Made by a program: the position numbers and the translations under genes | Origin: a bacterium | Lineage (GTDB): Bacteria > Zhuqueibacterota > Zhuqueibacteria > Residuimicrobiales > Krinioviventaceae | Assembly (NCBI GenBank): GCA_963675755.2 | Contig: CAXXMD010000003.1 | Location: 320,001 to 384,000 of the forward strand | Direction: 5' to 3' | DNA: 64,000 bases | Shown: positions 1 through 11,694 of the stretch, piece after piece | Position numbering within the stretch: the first letter of the stretch is position 1 | Layout of the letters: every line of letters begins with the position of its first letter | The notes under the pieces: generated by a model | What the model saw: only the letters and a program-made list of their open reading frames with translations | Told to the model about the DNA's origin: nothing | The model's database searches: none

Positions 1-450
1 CTCTACAGCTTGTTGAAAAGCTTCAACTGAATTTTCAAATTGTTTCAACTTGTTATAACTGAGACCTTTACCATAAAGTGCCTTACTATAATTAGCATCA
101 AGTTTCAACGCTGCATCATACTTGGCAATTGCTGCATCATACTGACCTTTTTTGTATAATGTATTTGCCTCGTTATAAGCTTTTTTTGCATTGTTTATTT
201 TTTCCATTGCGGCAACGTCTTGCTCTAACTTTGATTTCAGTTCCTGCAATTCTTTTTGAGCTTGATTATACTGCGGCAACAATGCATCGTATTCTTCCTT
301 TTTAATGCCGGGTTTCGACATCTTTGCAGTAATCTCTTTTACTTCTCTAGCTTTGTCATTATACTGTTGCTGCAGGTCTTGTGCTAAACCTGTCGATACT
401 AAAACGAGAATTGCCATCAAAATAACAGCACCGATGTTTTTTCTCATCAT
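1..450 (-). CDS. Secreted TPR-repeat protein (5' part; runs off window start)
   Basis: Manual translation from ATG at 450 after AAAGGA RBS: signal peptide MMRKNIGAVILMAILVLVSTGLAQ, then TPR-like YNEANTLYKKGQYDAAIAKYDAALKLDANYSKALYGKG. Confidence 0.75.
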   Translation of the reverse strand, partial: MMRKNIGAVILMAILVLVSTGLAQDLQQQYNDKAREVKEITAKMSKPGIKKEEYDALLPQYNQAQKELQELKSKLEQDVAAMEKINNAKKAYNEANTLYKKGQYDAAIAKYDAALKLDANYSKALYGKGLSYNKLKQFENSVEAFQQAVE

Positions 451-493
451 AATTCAATCCTTTAGTTTTGTTTCCCTGACCAATTTTACAATG

Positions 494-577
494 TGCCGAA
501 GGCGGGATTTGAACCCGCACGCCCGGACAGGCACTACCCCCTCAAGATAGCGTGTCTACCAATTCCACCACTTCGGC
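494..577 (-). tRNA. tRNA-Leu(GAG)
   Basis: Minus strand reads GCCGAAG...TGGTAGACACG CTATC TT GAG GG GGTAG, long variable arm, GGTTCAAATCC, CTTCGGC-A. CCA not encoded. Typical position after secG. Confidence 0.95.
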
Positions 578-590
578 AAAGAACATTTTT

Positions 591-968
591 TTAATTTGCA
601 TCAGGCTGCGGTTGAGCTGCCGGAATTGTTTCTTGCGGCAATGGCTCTGCAACCTCAGGCAATGTACGTGCAGGTGATGACATTCTGCGTTGACGTTCCT
701 GTTCAACCAGTCCCTGACCAACTTCACCGCCACGGGTAACCATACCCAACAACAGTGCTATAACCATGAACATAGTGACCAGAATGGTTGTCATACGAGT
801 CAGAAAAGGTGCTGATCCTTTACCACCAAAAACAGAACCCATAGAATCTACACCACCAAAAGCACCACCTGCCAGTCCGCCACCTTTACCAGACTGGATC
901 AAAACCACAAATACCAAAAGTAGTGCCGATATTACAAAAATAACTGTTAAAATAGTCTGAATAATCAT
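591..968 (-). CDS. secG: Preprotein translocase subunit SecG
   Basis: VLIQSGKGGGLAGGAFGG...FLTRMT motif, two TM helices, downstream of tpiA. Confidence 0.93.
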   Translation of the reverse strand: MIIQTILTVIFVISALLLVFVVLIQSGKGGGLAGGAFGGVDSMGSVFGGKGSAPFLTRMTTILVTMFMVIALLLGMVTRGGEVGQGLVEQERQRRMSSPARTLPEVAEPLPQETIPAAQPQPDAN

Positions 969-992
969 TATTACCTCAGTAAATTAAAGCAT

Positions 993-1739
993 TTAGGCAT
1001 TAACAATACCCAAAAATGAGTCAGCTTTGAGTGCTGCACCACCGATTAAACCACCGTCAATATCGGGTTGCCCCAATAATTCTTTGGCGTTATCAGGTTT
1101 CATACTACCGCCATACTGAATGCGAATTGCATCTGCAAGTGCCTGATCATACAATTCTGCAACCAAATCACGAATCATTTTATGTACTTGTTGAGCTTGT
1201 TCAGGTGTAGCAACTTTACCGGTACCAATTGCCCATACAGGTTCGTAAGCAATTACAAGCTTGGCAGCATCTTCATTAGAAAGATCTTTGAATGCTCCGC
1301 GCACCTGTTTAGCCACAACTTTATCAGTGTTACCAGCTTCACGTTCTTCCAGTAATTCACCAACACAAACAATAGGATTCAAACCGGCTTCTAAAGCTTT
1401 TTTCACTTTTTTATTTACAGTTTCATCTGTTTCATTAAAATATTGCCGACGTTCAGAGTGTCCGATAATGACATATTGACAACCGACGGATTGCAGCATA
1501 CCTGCACAAATCTGTCCGGTAAAAGCTCCATGATTTTCCCAGTACATATCCTGAGCACCAAGACCTATAGGAGTGCCATTAATCACATTATGTACTGCAT
1601 ATAAATTTGTAAAAGGTGGACACAAAACAACATCCACATCATGGTTATCATATGCATCTTTGATCGCTTGTGCCAACTCTACCGCTTCTTCTACGGTAGT
1701 ATTCATTTTCCAGTTACCGGCAATTATTCTTTTTCTCAT
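993..1739 (-). CDS. tpiA: Triosephosphate isomerase
   Basis: AGNWKMN, IGHSERR, AYEPVWAIGTG, GGLIGGA motifs. Confidence 0.99.
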   Translation of the reverse strand: MRKRIIAGNWKMNTTVEEAVELAQAIKDAYDNHDVDVVLCPPFTNLYAVHNVINGTPIGLGAQDMYWENHGAFTGQICAGMLQSVGCQYVIIGHSERRQYFNETDETVNKKVKKALEAGLNPIVCVGELLEEREAGNTDKVVAKQVRGAFKDLSNEDAAKLVIAYEPVWAIGTGKVATPEQAQQVHKMIRDLVAELYDQALADAIRIQYGGSMKPDNAKELLGQPDIDGGLIGGAALKADSFLGIVNA

Positions 1740-1834
1740 AGTCCTCTTCTCATTTCACAGGACCGCATCTCTGCGATCCTGTTTATATTTCAACAATTAA
1801 AATTTCTTCAAGTTCCTGCAATATTGAAAAAATA

Positions 1835-3798
<1,964 letters not shown>

Positions 3799-3901
3799 TT
3801 ATGGTCCCTTCGTAAACTATTGTTTTTTATAAAACGACATTTATTAAAGCTATTAAATGTAAACCTGTAAAATTAAGAATAAAATAGGAAAATGTCAAGA
3901 A

Positions 3902-4651
3902 TTATCTGGCACTAATCAACTTCTCAACACGGGCAATTGATACTATATCCACTCTTTTAGCGCCATTTTGACGGAGGGTAAAAGCACATTCGTTAACTGT
4001 ACTGCCGGTTGTTACAACATCATCTACTAGCAGAATAGATTTATCTGAAATTTCCAAAGGATTCGATACAGAAAAAGCGCCAGTCAAACCATTCATTCGT
4101 TCTTGCCGGTCTTTTCTTGCCTGAGCTGTTGTATGCAAAGAACGTTTTAATCCTTTTTTCAACAATGGAATTCCACTCGACTCGCTCAGACTTTTTGCGA
4201 TCAATTCTGACTGATTATACCCACGCATTTTCTGACGACGAGGATGAAGCGGCACAGGTATCATAAAATCCCATTTCTGATCATTGGATTGAATAATTGG
4301 CAACAATTGTTTACTCCAATAATCAGCCAGGCCGGTTTCTCCCCAATATTTGAACAGATGAACAAGATGCCTTAGGTCACCCTGATAGTAAAAAGCAGAC
4401 AGGACAAGTTCAAAATGGATTTCCTGATCTTTAGGGATATCAAGATTATTATGGTCGGCGCAGGGATGTTCAAGCCTTACCAGTTGCTTGTCACACTCGT
4501 CACATACCTGTATTTTTCTATTAACTAAACGGACACCACACAACAGACAGTGTGGCGGAAAACAAAAATCCATCAACGGATCAAAAAAAGAACCGGCCGC
4601 GCCTTTAAACCTATTAAAAACACGGCCATATTTATAATTCTTGCTTGTCAT
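3902..4651 (-). CDS. comF: ComF family protein (zinc ribbon + PRTase domain)
   Basis: CLLC..CDEC, PVPLH, RGYNQS, LLVDDVVTTGST. Confidence 0.9.
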   Translation of the reverse strand: MTSKNYKYGRVFNRFKGAAGSFFDPLMDFCFPPHCLLCGVRLVNRKIQVCDECDKQLVRLEHPCADHNNLDIPKDQEIHFELVLSAFYYQGDLRHLVHLFKYWGETGLADYWSKQLLPIIQSNDQKWDFMIPVPLHPRRQKMRGYNQSELIAKSLSESSGIPLLKKGLKRSLHTTAQARKDRQERMNGLTGAFSVSNPLEISDKSILLVDDVVTTGSTVNECAFTLRQNGAKRVDIVSIARVEKLISAR

Positions 4652-5985
4652 TAGAACTGATATGTAAATACCAACTTGGGTTCAATTCTTTCCTGAGGCA
4701 TATAAACTCTTGAACCAGGATCCTTTTCAACAAAGGTCCAAATATAATCCATATAAAGAATTAAATACGGTTTAATTTTATAACCCAAACCTACCCTGGC
4801 TACACTTTGATTATCAAGCGTAAACACATCTTTGACCATCTCAATACCAATTTTATCATAGGTTGCATGCGCGGCAATCCCGGGAATTGCATCAGGAGCA
4901 TCTGCGGAAAGGTGCATAATACCGCTTTCATCTATCTCATCCAAACGACTAAACATACCCAAAAGTCTTACTTTATCTCCCAAGAGGCCACCATACAGCT
5001 CGCCAAATACACCCTTTGTTTCTTCGGTAATACCAATCAACTCGTCAACTTTGTATACGCCAGAAGTTGCACCTTCAGCCACCTGGTAACGCTGAATTTC
5101 ATAAAAAGCGTCAAAGAATGAAGGAACAAACTCTTTACCCAGCCAGCGGCGTTCCAATTTTGCTGAAATATCGATTAAACCCAACAAATTTCCAAAAGAA
5201 GCCATCACACCTACTGCCTGACCATGACCAAATGTACGGGATTCCTGTTCAAAAGCACTAAATCCTGCAATTTGTGCCCAGTCATAATACAATGTTGAAT
5301 TAAAAATAGGGGTGCGGATAATTGGCAATTCCGCGTCAAAACCATAAACTGTGGTTGCATCATCAGAATCATCCTCAGTATCCGGATCAATATCCCGGGC
5401 ATATGACGCACCCAAAGCAAAATTCTTGATAATGGGGATATCTACCACACCCCGCAATGGACGAAAATACCCACGTCCGGCTATCAATTCTGCACGTCCC
5501 ACATTGCTGGTTAAGGTTTCAAATCCAAACTTTCCAAAATCAAGATCAAATGCCAAACCTATTTTACGATTATCATAAGAGGCTTCATTGGTATAATAAT
5601 TTACAATAAATCCATGCCCCAACCGTGCGGCATCCAAAGTTCCAATACGTGCATAAACTGGATCAAATTTGTGTCCCCAACGTAAATAACGGATTAGACG
5701 AAGGTAATCATAGCCTTCATCCCAGTCTTCCTTGCGAAGCTCACCCGTAGAAGTATTATATAACAGGTTTACATTCAGACCAATACCAATTTTACCAAAC
5801 GCAAGCTCGGGTCTGAAATTGATTGAAAAATAGGTTTCATCATCAATGGTTGAAATACCAACACCACCCATCAAAAGTCCACCATCCTGGCCCATATAGC
5901 CCAGTCCGCCATCCGCATATTGCGCCAAGCCGGCCCCGGCAAATAGAAACAGAACCAATATTAAAACAGCAACCATTTTCTTCAT
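4651..5985 (-). CDS. Hypothetical outer-membrane beta-barrel protein
   Basis: Signal peptide, amphipathic beta-strand pattern, C-terminal aromatic ...LVFTYQF. Confidence 0.6.
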   Translation of the reverse strand: MKKMVAVLILVLFLFAGAGLAQYADGGLGYMGQDGGLLMGGVGISTIDDETYFSINFRPELAFGKIGIGLNVNLLYNTSTGELRKEDWDEGYDYLRLIRYLRWGHKFDPVYARIGTLDAARLGHGFIVNYYTNEASYDNRKIGLAFDLDFGKFGFETLTSNVGRAELIAGRGYFRPLRGVVDIPIIKNFALGASYARDIDPDTEDDSDDATTVYGFDAELPIIRTPIFNSTLYYDWAQIAGFSAFEQESRTFGHGQAVGVMASFGNLLGLIDISAKLERRWLGKEFVPSFFDAFYEIQRYQVAEGATSGVYKVDELIGITEETKGVFGELYGGLLGDKVRLLGMFSRLDEIDESGIMHLSADAPDAIPGIAAHATYDKIGIEMVKDVFTLDNQSVARVGLGYKIKPYLILYMDYIWTFVEKDPGSRVYMPQERIEPKLVFTYQF

Positions 5986-6092
5986 GATTATCTCCTTGCA
6001 ATAGTCAATACAATAATACCGTATCTCTATTTACGGTTTTTGTCTCTGTTTTTATGTGTTCAACATCACAATTTATTGCAGATATTTAAACA

Positions 6093-7124
6093 TTACCACA
6101 AATCATCCATACCCGGGGGGATATCAAAGTGGGTTGCCCACTGAAAGTGGCCATGCCCTCCCGAAGAAACAGCCTTGTCTAATAATAACAAGCGTTTATG
6201 TTCCAATTCTTCTGTGGCTAAAAATTCAAACATTTCTTTAACTTTGGGACTTTTTGATTTTAACGCAGCATTTCGGTAAAAATCATATGCTTTTTGTTCC
6301 GCGTTAATTGCAAGAGCAATTGCATCATCTGCAGAGATTCCTGCATCCACTTTATGCTTGCCAATTTCAGTATTACTAATATTTATTACCGGTTCTTTGC
6401 CCCCGGACAATTTTTTAAACAACTCAGACAACTGTTCAAAATGCTCAACTTCAACGGTAGCCAAATAGCTGAATTTATTCTTTAACTTTTCACTGCCCAT
6501 CTGACTGCTAACACCCAGATAAAACTCTTGTGCACCCTTTTCTCTGCTGATTGCCAGCTCAAGCGCTTTTAAAACATCCAGTTCAGCCTCTTCTTTTTCA
6601 AGAAATCCTGTATGCAGGGCCTTAAAGATAGCCTCATTAAAAGCACTCAGGTCGTCAGGAGTACGGGATGTTACAAGCTGTCCATCAACACACACAGGTT
6701 GATCAACATATTTGGCGCCTACATTAATCACATCATCACGAATTCCAACATAACAGGTCAACGTTACACCCTTTAAAACACCGGCAGATATCAGCACTTG
6801 CGGACCATGACAAATTGCTGCAACAGGTCTGCCGCTCTGCCAAAACGCTTTCACAAATTCAAGAGCTGTCTCATCTATCCTGATGCGCTCAGGCGCGCCT
6901 CCACCCGGAATGATCAAACCATCATAATCTTCAGGCTTTACCTCTGATATCACCTTGTCTGGCTTTAATGAAAACTCGCCATATTTCCCTGTTACTTCTG
7001 AGGAATCCAATCCAACCAAATCAACAGTTGCATTTTTTTCTCGTAGACAGTCTCGGGGAGATGTTGTTTCTTCCTCGTGGAACTTTTGAGCGATTAGAAT
7101 AGCAATCTTTTTATTTGTTAACAT
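6093..7124 (-). CDS. DJ-1/PfpI family protein fused to a ferritin-like (rubrerythrin-type) domain
   Basis: N-terminal IIPGG and AAICHGPQ. C-terminal paired E..A..FY / E.EH helices (EKGAQEFY..EVEH; EQKAYDFY..ELEH). Confidence 0.85.
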   Translation of the reverse strand: MLTNKKIAILIAQKFHEEETTSPRDCLREKNATVDLVGLDSSEVTGKYGEFSLKPDKVISEVKPEDYDGLIIPGGGAPERIRIDETALEFVKAFWQSGRPVAAICHGPQVLISAGVLKGVTLTCYVGIRDDVINVGAKYVDQPVCVDGQLVTSRTPDDLSAFNEAIFKALHTGFLEKEEAELDVLKALELAISREKGAQEFYLGVSSQMGSEKLKNKFSYLATVEVEHFEQLSELFKKLSGGKEPVINISNTEIGKHKVDAGISADDAIALAINAEQKAYDFYRNAALKSKSPKVKEMFEFLATEELEHKRLLLLDKAVSSGGHGHFQWATHFDIPPGMDDLW

Positions 7125-7145
7125 AGGCCCCTCTTGACAAAGAGT

Positions 7146-7886
7146 TTATAGTTTACCGTTCAATAACAAGTTCAATTCATCGCGCAAAATTGCAGCGTGT
7201 TCATAATCTTCACGCTCTATTGCCTTTTCAAGTTCTTTATTTAATTTTTCAACCGGGGACAAGGGCTTCATTTCTTGAATCTCCTCGGCCCATTGTTTCA
7301 AATAATCCAACTCAAATTTTTCAGATGTAGCATGATCAGGATAGTTTTTATAAAATTTTTCAATATCTACAATACCTTCATCAATCTGAACAAGCGCTTG
7401 TTCGTATTCAGAATTGTTAATTTGCATTGAAGCGACAGCGCGTGTATACATCATGATCACATAGGGTCGGTATTGCTGAAATGTCCAAACAATCTCTACA
7501 CTGTCTGAATATTTTTCCACAAAATCAAACACTCTCAAGTTTCGTTTTGTATCACGCGCGACTCTTTCAAAATCTTCCAACTTCATTAATGCCAGGTATC
7601 GATGATAATACTGTATAGATTCCTGTTGTAGTTTCAGGCATTCGGTTGGTGTTAAAATAAACGACTCGTCAGGACTTTTTTCGCTTTTAGCAATATAGTA
7701 ATCAAGATACGATTCCTGCCGCGCCGGACGTTTCCCATCCGGCCTTCCATCGAGTTCCATTTGCAAAATCCCCAAATCCAGACGCATCTGTAATTTGGAT
7801 CCACCATCCTCACCCTCGATAATACGGACATTTAAATCGTCTGTTGTATACTTCCAACGTTTTAAAATGGGTCCAATATCATCCAT
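7146..7886 (-). CDS. UvrB/UvrC-motif-containing protein
   Basis: C-terminal LEKAIEREDYEHAAILRDE UVR coiled coil; conserved LQMRLDLGILQME.DGRPDG. Confidence 0.75.
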   Translation of the reverse strand: MDDIGPILKRWKYTTDDLNVRIIEGEDGGSKLQMRLDLGILQMELDGRPDGKRPARQESYLDYYIAKSEKSPDESFILTPTECLKLQQESIQYYHRYLALMKLEDFERVARDTKRNLRVFDFVEKYSDSVEIVWTFQQYRPYVIMMYTRAVASMQINNSEYEQALVQIDEGIVDIEKFYKNYPDHATSEKFELDYLKQWAEEIQEMKPLSPVEKLNKELEKAIEREDYEHAAILRDELNLLLNGKL

Positions 7887-7940
7887 AACACTACTCCAAT
7901 ATATATACGCTTAACAAAGCTTTATACTATACAACATATT

Positions 7941-8714
7941 TCATTTAAAATAATTCACCGCATTTTCGAACAAAATCAAGCCATCGCCCTGTTCTGCCAT
8001 ACCCAACCGGGTCCATTGAGGATGCTGACTTGGCTCAATATGCCGCTCAGGGTGCGGCATTAAACCCAAAACACGGCCAGCTGGGTCACATATTCCAGCA
8101 ATATTCGCAACAGAACCATTGGGATTCATAGGATATTTGACTTCACCGCCATTGGGAGCTGCATATTGAAAGACAACTTGCTTGTTCTTGACGAGTTCGT
8201 TCAGGGTTTCGTCACTGTCCGGTACAAATTTGCCTTCAGCATGAGCAACCGGGAAATACACCTTGTTTGGCATATTTTGTGTAAACACACAAGGTCCGTC
8301 ATTTACATCCAGATGGACCCACCTGTCTTCAAACTTGCCGGAATCATTGTCTGTCAGGGTTACTTTTTGCTGTGCGGTAAGCTCAACTACCGGTAGCAGC
8401 CCTGCTTTTACCAGGACTTGAAAGCCATTACAAATACCAATGATCAATTTGTCATCATTATAAAATTGCTGCAATACTTGCTGCAGTTTATATTTCAATT
8501 GATTAGCCAGCACCTTTCCCGCCGAAATGTCATCGCCATAAGTAAAGCCGCCGGGAATAGCCAGGATCTGATAATCTTCTAGTTTTACAGAGCCTTCTAG
8601 CAGACGGTTAACATGTACCAGATCTGCTTTAGCACCTGCCGTTTCAAATGCGAACTGGGTTTCCTGATCACAATTAGAGCCTGCCGCACGTAATACAATC
8701 ACACGAGGATTCAT
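7941..8714 (-). CDS. purQ: FGAM synthase glutaminase subunit PurQ
   Basis: PGGFTYGD, GICNGFQ, AHAEG, MPHPER. Confidence 0.97.
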   Translation of the reverse strand: MNPRVIVLRAAGSNCDQETQFAFETAGAKADLVHVNRLLEGSVKLEDYQILAIPGGFTYGDDISAGKVLANQLKYKLQQVLQQFYNDDKLIIGICNGFQVLVKAGLLPVVELTAQQKVTLTDNDSGKFEDRWVHLDVNDGPCVFTQNMPNKVYFPVAHAEGKFVPDSDETLNELVKNKQVVFQYAAPNGGEVKYPMNPNGSVANIAGICDPAGRVLGLMPHPERHIEPSQHPQWTRLGMAEQGDGLILFENAVNYFK

Positions 8715-8715
8715 T

Positions 8716-11577
8716 TTACCACCTAAGTGTTTGTTGCCACGATTCTTTTAAATCTGCTATATTTTTATGGACCATTTCCTGGCCATCACTATTTTTAATT
8801 AAAAGCGCAGTTCCTTCAGTTACTTTTCCTATAACTGCGAAAGCATTGTCAGCCATCATTTTTTCAAAAGCCTGCTGATTTTCGGGCTTGACTTCAACAA
8901 TAAACCGGCTGTTTGATTCAGAGAACAAAATCACATCGTCTCTCAGAGCTTCTGTCACAGGAACATCCGCAAGAGATACCTCTGCACCCAGACCACCGGC
9001 AAAGGCCATTTCAGCAAGCGCAACTGCAATTCCACCTTCTGAACAGTCATGGCATGCTCGTACCAGACCAGCATCTGTAGCAGATGCCATAGCTTTAAAA
9101 ATTGCTTTTGCCTTTACAGCATCCACCTGAGGAACATTGGGACTTGTTTCGCCTATCACTTGCAGGTAATGCGAACCACCCAATTCGTTATATGTGGTAC
9201 CTACGGCATACAACAGGTTACCGTTTTCTTTCAGGTCCATACTAACAGCTTTGGCTGCATCCGGCATCACTGCAATTGCTGAGATCAGCAGTGTGGGGGG
9301 TATTGCAATACTTTCACCGGTTTCGGTCTGGAATTCGTTATTCAAGCTGTCTTTACCCGAAATAAATGGAGTTTCAAAGACTTTGGCCATATCATAACAA
9401 GCTTGTGCTGCTCGTACCAATCCGCCTAAACGGTCAGGTTTATCGGTATTGCCCCAACAAAAGTTATCCAGAATAGCTGCCTGTTCAAGACTTCCGCCAA
9501 CAGCCACAATATTACGCAAAGCTTCATCTATTGATGATGCCGCCATCCAGTATGGATCAATTAAACCATAGTTGGGATTCAATCCGTTAGACAAGATAAC
9601 CGCCTTGTTTGAATCCAAACGCGGACGGGTAATACTTGCATCTCCGGGGCCGTCGTTCTCAACACCTACCAGCGGTTTGATTACACTGCCGCCCTGTACT
9701 TCGTGGTCGTATTGACGAATAACCCACTCTTTACTGCACACATTAGGCGCAGCAAGGATCTTTTGCAAAATATCACCGGCATCTTGAGGAACATCAAATT
9801 GTGATTCCTTAATATCCTCCGGTTTCCATTCTGCTTTACGGACAGTTTTGGGCAGCCCTTTATGCAAAAAGTGCATATCCAGTTCGCCTACTACTGTTCC
9901 ATTGTATTTTAATCTGATTTTTTTATCATTTGTGGTGCGGCCAATAACAGTGGCTTCCACATCTTCGCTTTCAAAAACATCCAACGCTTCCTGTAATTTC
10001 TCTGGCGGACAGAAAATTACCATCCTTTCCTGCGCTTCGGAAATCCAGATTTCCATATAGGTGAGACCATGGTATTTCAAAGGTACTTTTTCCAAATCTA
10101 TTTCCGCACCCGTCGTTTCTGCAAGCTCTCCAATAGCTGAAGACAATCCACCGGCACCACAGTCAGTAATAGCACGATATAATCCCTTGTCCCTGGCATC
10201 AAGCAGGGTATCGACCAGTTTCTTTTCGATAATTGGGTTACCTATCTGTACCGCACCGCTCCAGGTTCCTTCACTCTCGGTATGCAATTCTCCTGAAGAA
10301 GCGGTTGCACCGTGGATACCATCACGACCTGTTCGGCCGCCAACGACAACAACATAGTCTCCCGGTACAATAGTTTTTACACATTTATCAACCGGCATAA
10401 TGCCCACATTACCGCAATATACAAGTGGATTGCCAAGATAACGTTCGTCAAAAAAGATCGAACCATTGGTTGTGGGTATACCCATACGGTTACCATAGTC
10501 GCGCACACCGGATACAACGCCCTGCATAACCCGTTTGGGATGCAAAACGCCCTTGGGCAAGTCACTATGTTTCATATCCACAGGACCAAAACAGAAAATA
10601 TCCGTATTGATTACTGGTTTTGCGCCTAATCCGGTTCCCATAGGATCACGAATCACCCCGCCAATACCGGTATTTGCACCGCCATAAGGCTCCATTGCAG
10701 AGGGGTGGTTATGGGTTTCTACTTTGAAACAAATGTTATATTCATCATCAAACTTTATAACACCAGCATTATCTTCAAATACGGAAACACACCAGTCTTT
10801 ATTTAGCTCACTGGTGGCTTTAAATATGGTACTTTTCAGTACATTGTCAATAACCTCACCATTAAATTCCACAAAACCGGTCAATGTTTTGTGACTGCAA
10901 TGCTCTGACCAGGTTTGTGCAAGCATTTCAAGCTCTATATCGGTGGGTTCACGATCCAAACCTTTATAATGATCACGGATCGTCTTCATTTCTTCAAGAT
11001 TTAAAAACAAATCACGATCTTTGCTGATCTTTTGCAACTCTGCATCACTTGCATTCAACAAAGGTACAGTAATTTGTTCAAATTGGTCATGCATGATGGG
11101 GAAAAATATAGTCTCATTGGGCTCTAAAACATGTTCAATTACCTTGTTCATGAGCAGTTTTTCTACAATAATCTGTTTTTCCGCATCACTGAGATGCCCA
11201 ACAATATCATATCGTCTTGAGGTCTTTGCTTCGGTAACCGAGTCAATACCCAGATCATGAATACCTTTTAACGCAGTGGCTGCCACCATATCGGTAACAC
11301 CGCGGTTAAAGGTGACTTCAACAGACCAGTGATCTTTAGCGCCGACCCGGTCAATGGATTCGTCTATGCTATAATCCTGAGTGACCTTGTCTGCAAGCAA
11401 ATGTTCAGCAATATGTTTCTTTTCATCATCGATTATATCACCAAGCAGATAGGTAATATTGAACGCATAAACCTTTTCGATGGAATGGATGTCCAAATCT
11501 TTGGCCCCGCTCAGCACATGTTGTGCTGCCATATCGTTAAACTCGGGTTTTATTGCCAATTCAATTCGAGTAATCAA
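8716..11577 (-). CDS. purL: FGAM synthase PurL with N-terminal PurS-like extension
   Basis: WSEHCSH, KVETHNHPS, TGIGGVIRD, DCGAGG, SEAQERM, ISGKDS. About 160 aa N-terminal extension with two PurS-like repeats. TTG start. Confidence 0.96.
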   Translation of the reverse strand: MITRIELAIKPEFNDMAAQHVLSGAKDLDIHSIEKVYAFNITYLLGDIIDDEKKHIAEHLLADKVTQDYSIDESIDRVGAKDHWSVEVTFNRGVTDMVAATALKGIHDLGIDSVTEAKTSRRYDIVGHLSDAEKQIIVEKLLMNKVIEHVLEPNETIFFPIMHDQFEQITVPLLNASDAELQKISKDRDLFLNLEEMKTIRDHYKGLDREPTDIELEMLAQTWSEHCSHKTLTGFVEFNGEVIDNVLKSTIFKATSELNKDWCVSVFEDNAGVIKFDDEYNICFKVETHNHPSAMEPYGGANTGIGGVIRDPMGTGLGAKPVINTDIFCFGPVDMKHSDLPKGVLHPKRVMQGVVSGVRDYGNRMGIPTTNGSIFFDERYLGNPLVYCGNVGIMPVDKCVKTIVPGDYVVVVGGRTGRDGIHGATASSGELHTESEGTWSGAVQIGNPIIEKKLVDTLLDARDKGLYRAITDCGAGGLSSAIGELAETTGAEIDLEKVPLKYHGLTYMEIWISEAQERMVIFCPPEKLQEALDVFESEDVEATVIGRTTNDKKIRLKYNGTVVGELDMHFLHKGLPKTVRKAEWKPEDIKESQFDVPQDAGDILQKILAAPNVCSKEWVIRQYDHEVQGGSVIKPLVGVENDGPGDASITRPRLDSNKAVILSNGLNPNYGLIDPYWMAASSIDEALRNIVAVGGSLEQAAILDNFCWGNTDKPDRLGGLVRAAQACYDMAKVFETPFISGKDSLNNEFQTETGESIAIPPTLLISAIAVMPDAAKAVSMDLKENGNLLYAVGTTYNELGGSHYLQVIGETSPNVPQVDAVKAKAIFKAMASATDAGLVRACHDCSEGGIAVALAEMAFAGGLGAEVSLADVPVTEALRDDVILFSESNSRFIVEVKPENQQAFEKMMADNAFAVIGKVTEGTALLIKNSDGQEMVHKNIADLKESWQQTLRW

Positions 11578-11694
11578 AACCTTTATCCTTCTTTTCAGTT
11601 AACAGTTTACACATGTTAATTATATTTAAAAGTAAAATCAAGTAAAGTCTAAATTATTTTTAGAAATCTATATTTGCTGCCACTATTATCCACA

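Noticed and set aside
494-577. tRNA-Leu as an integration site
   Set aside because: No duplicated tRNA 3' end and no integrase seen in the window.
305-733. ORFs 305-550 and 542-733
   Set aside because: They overlap tRNA-Leu, secG and the TPR gene; shadow ORFs.
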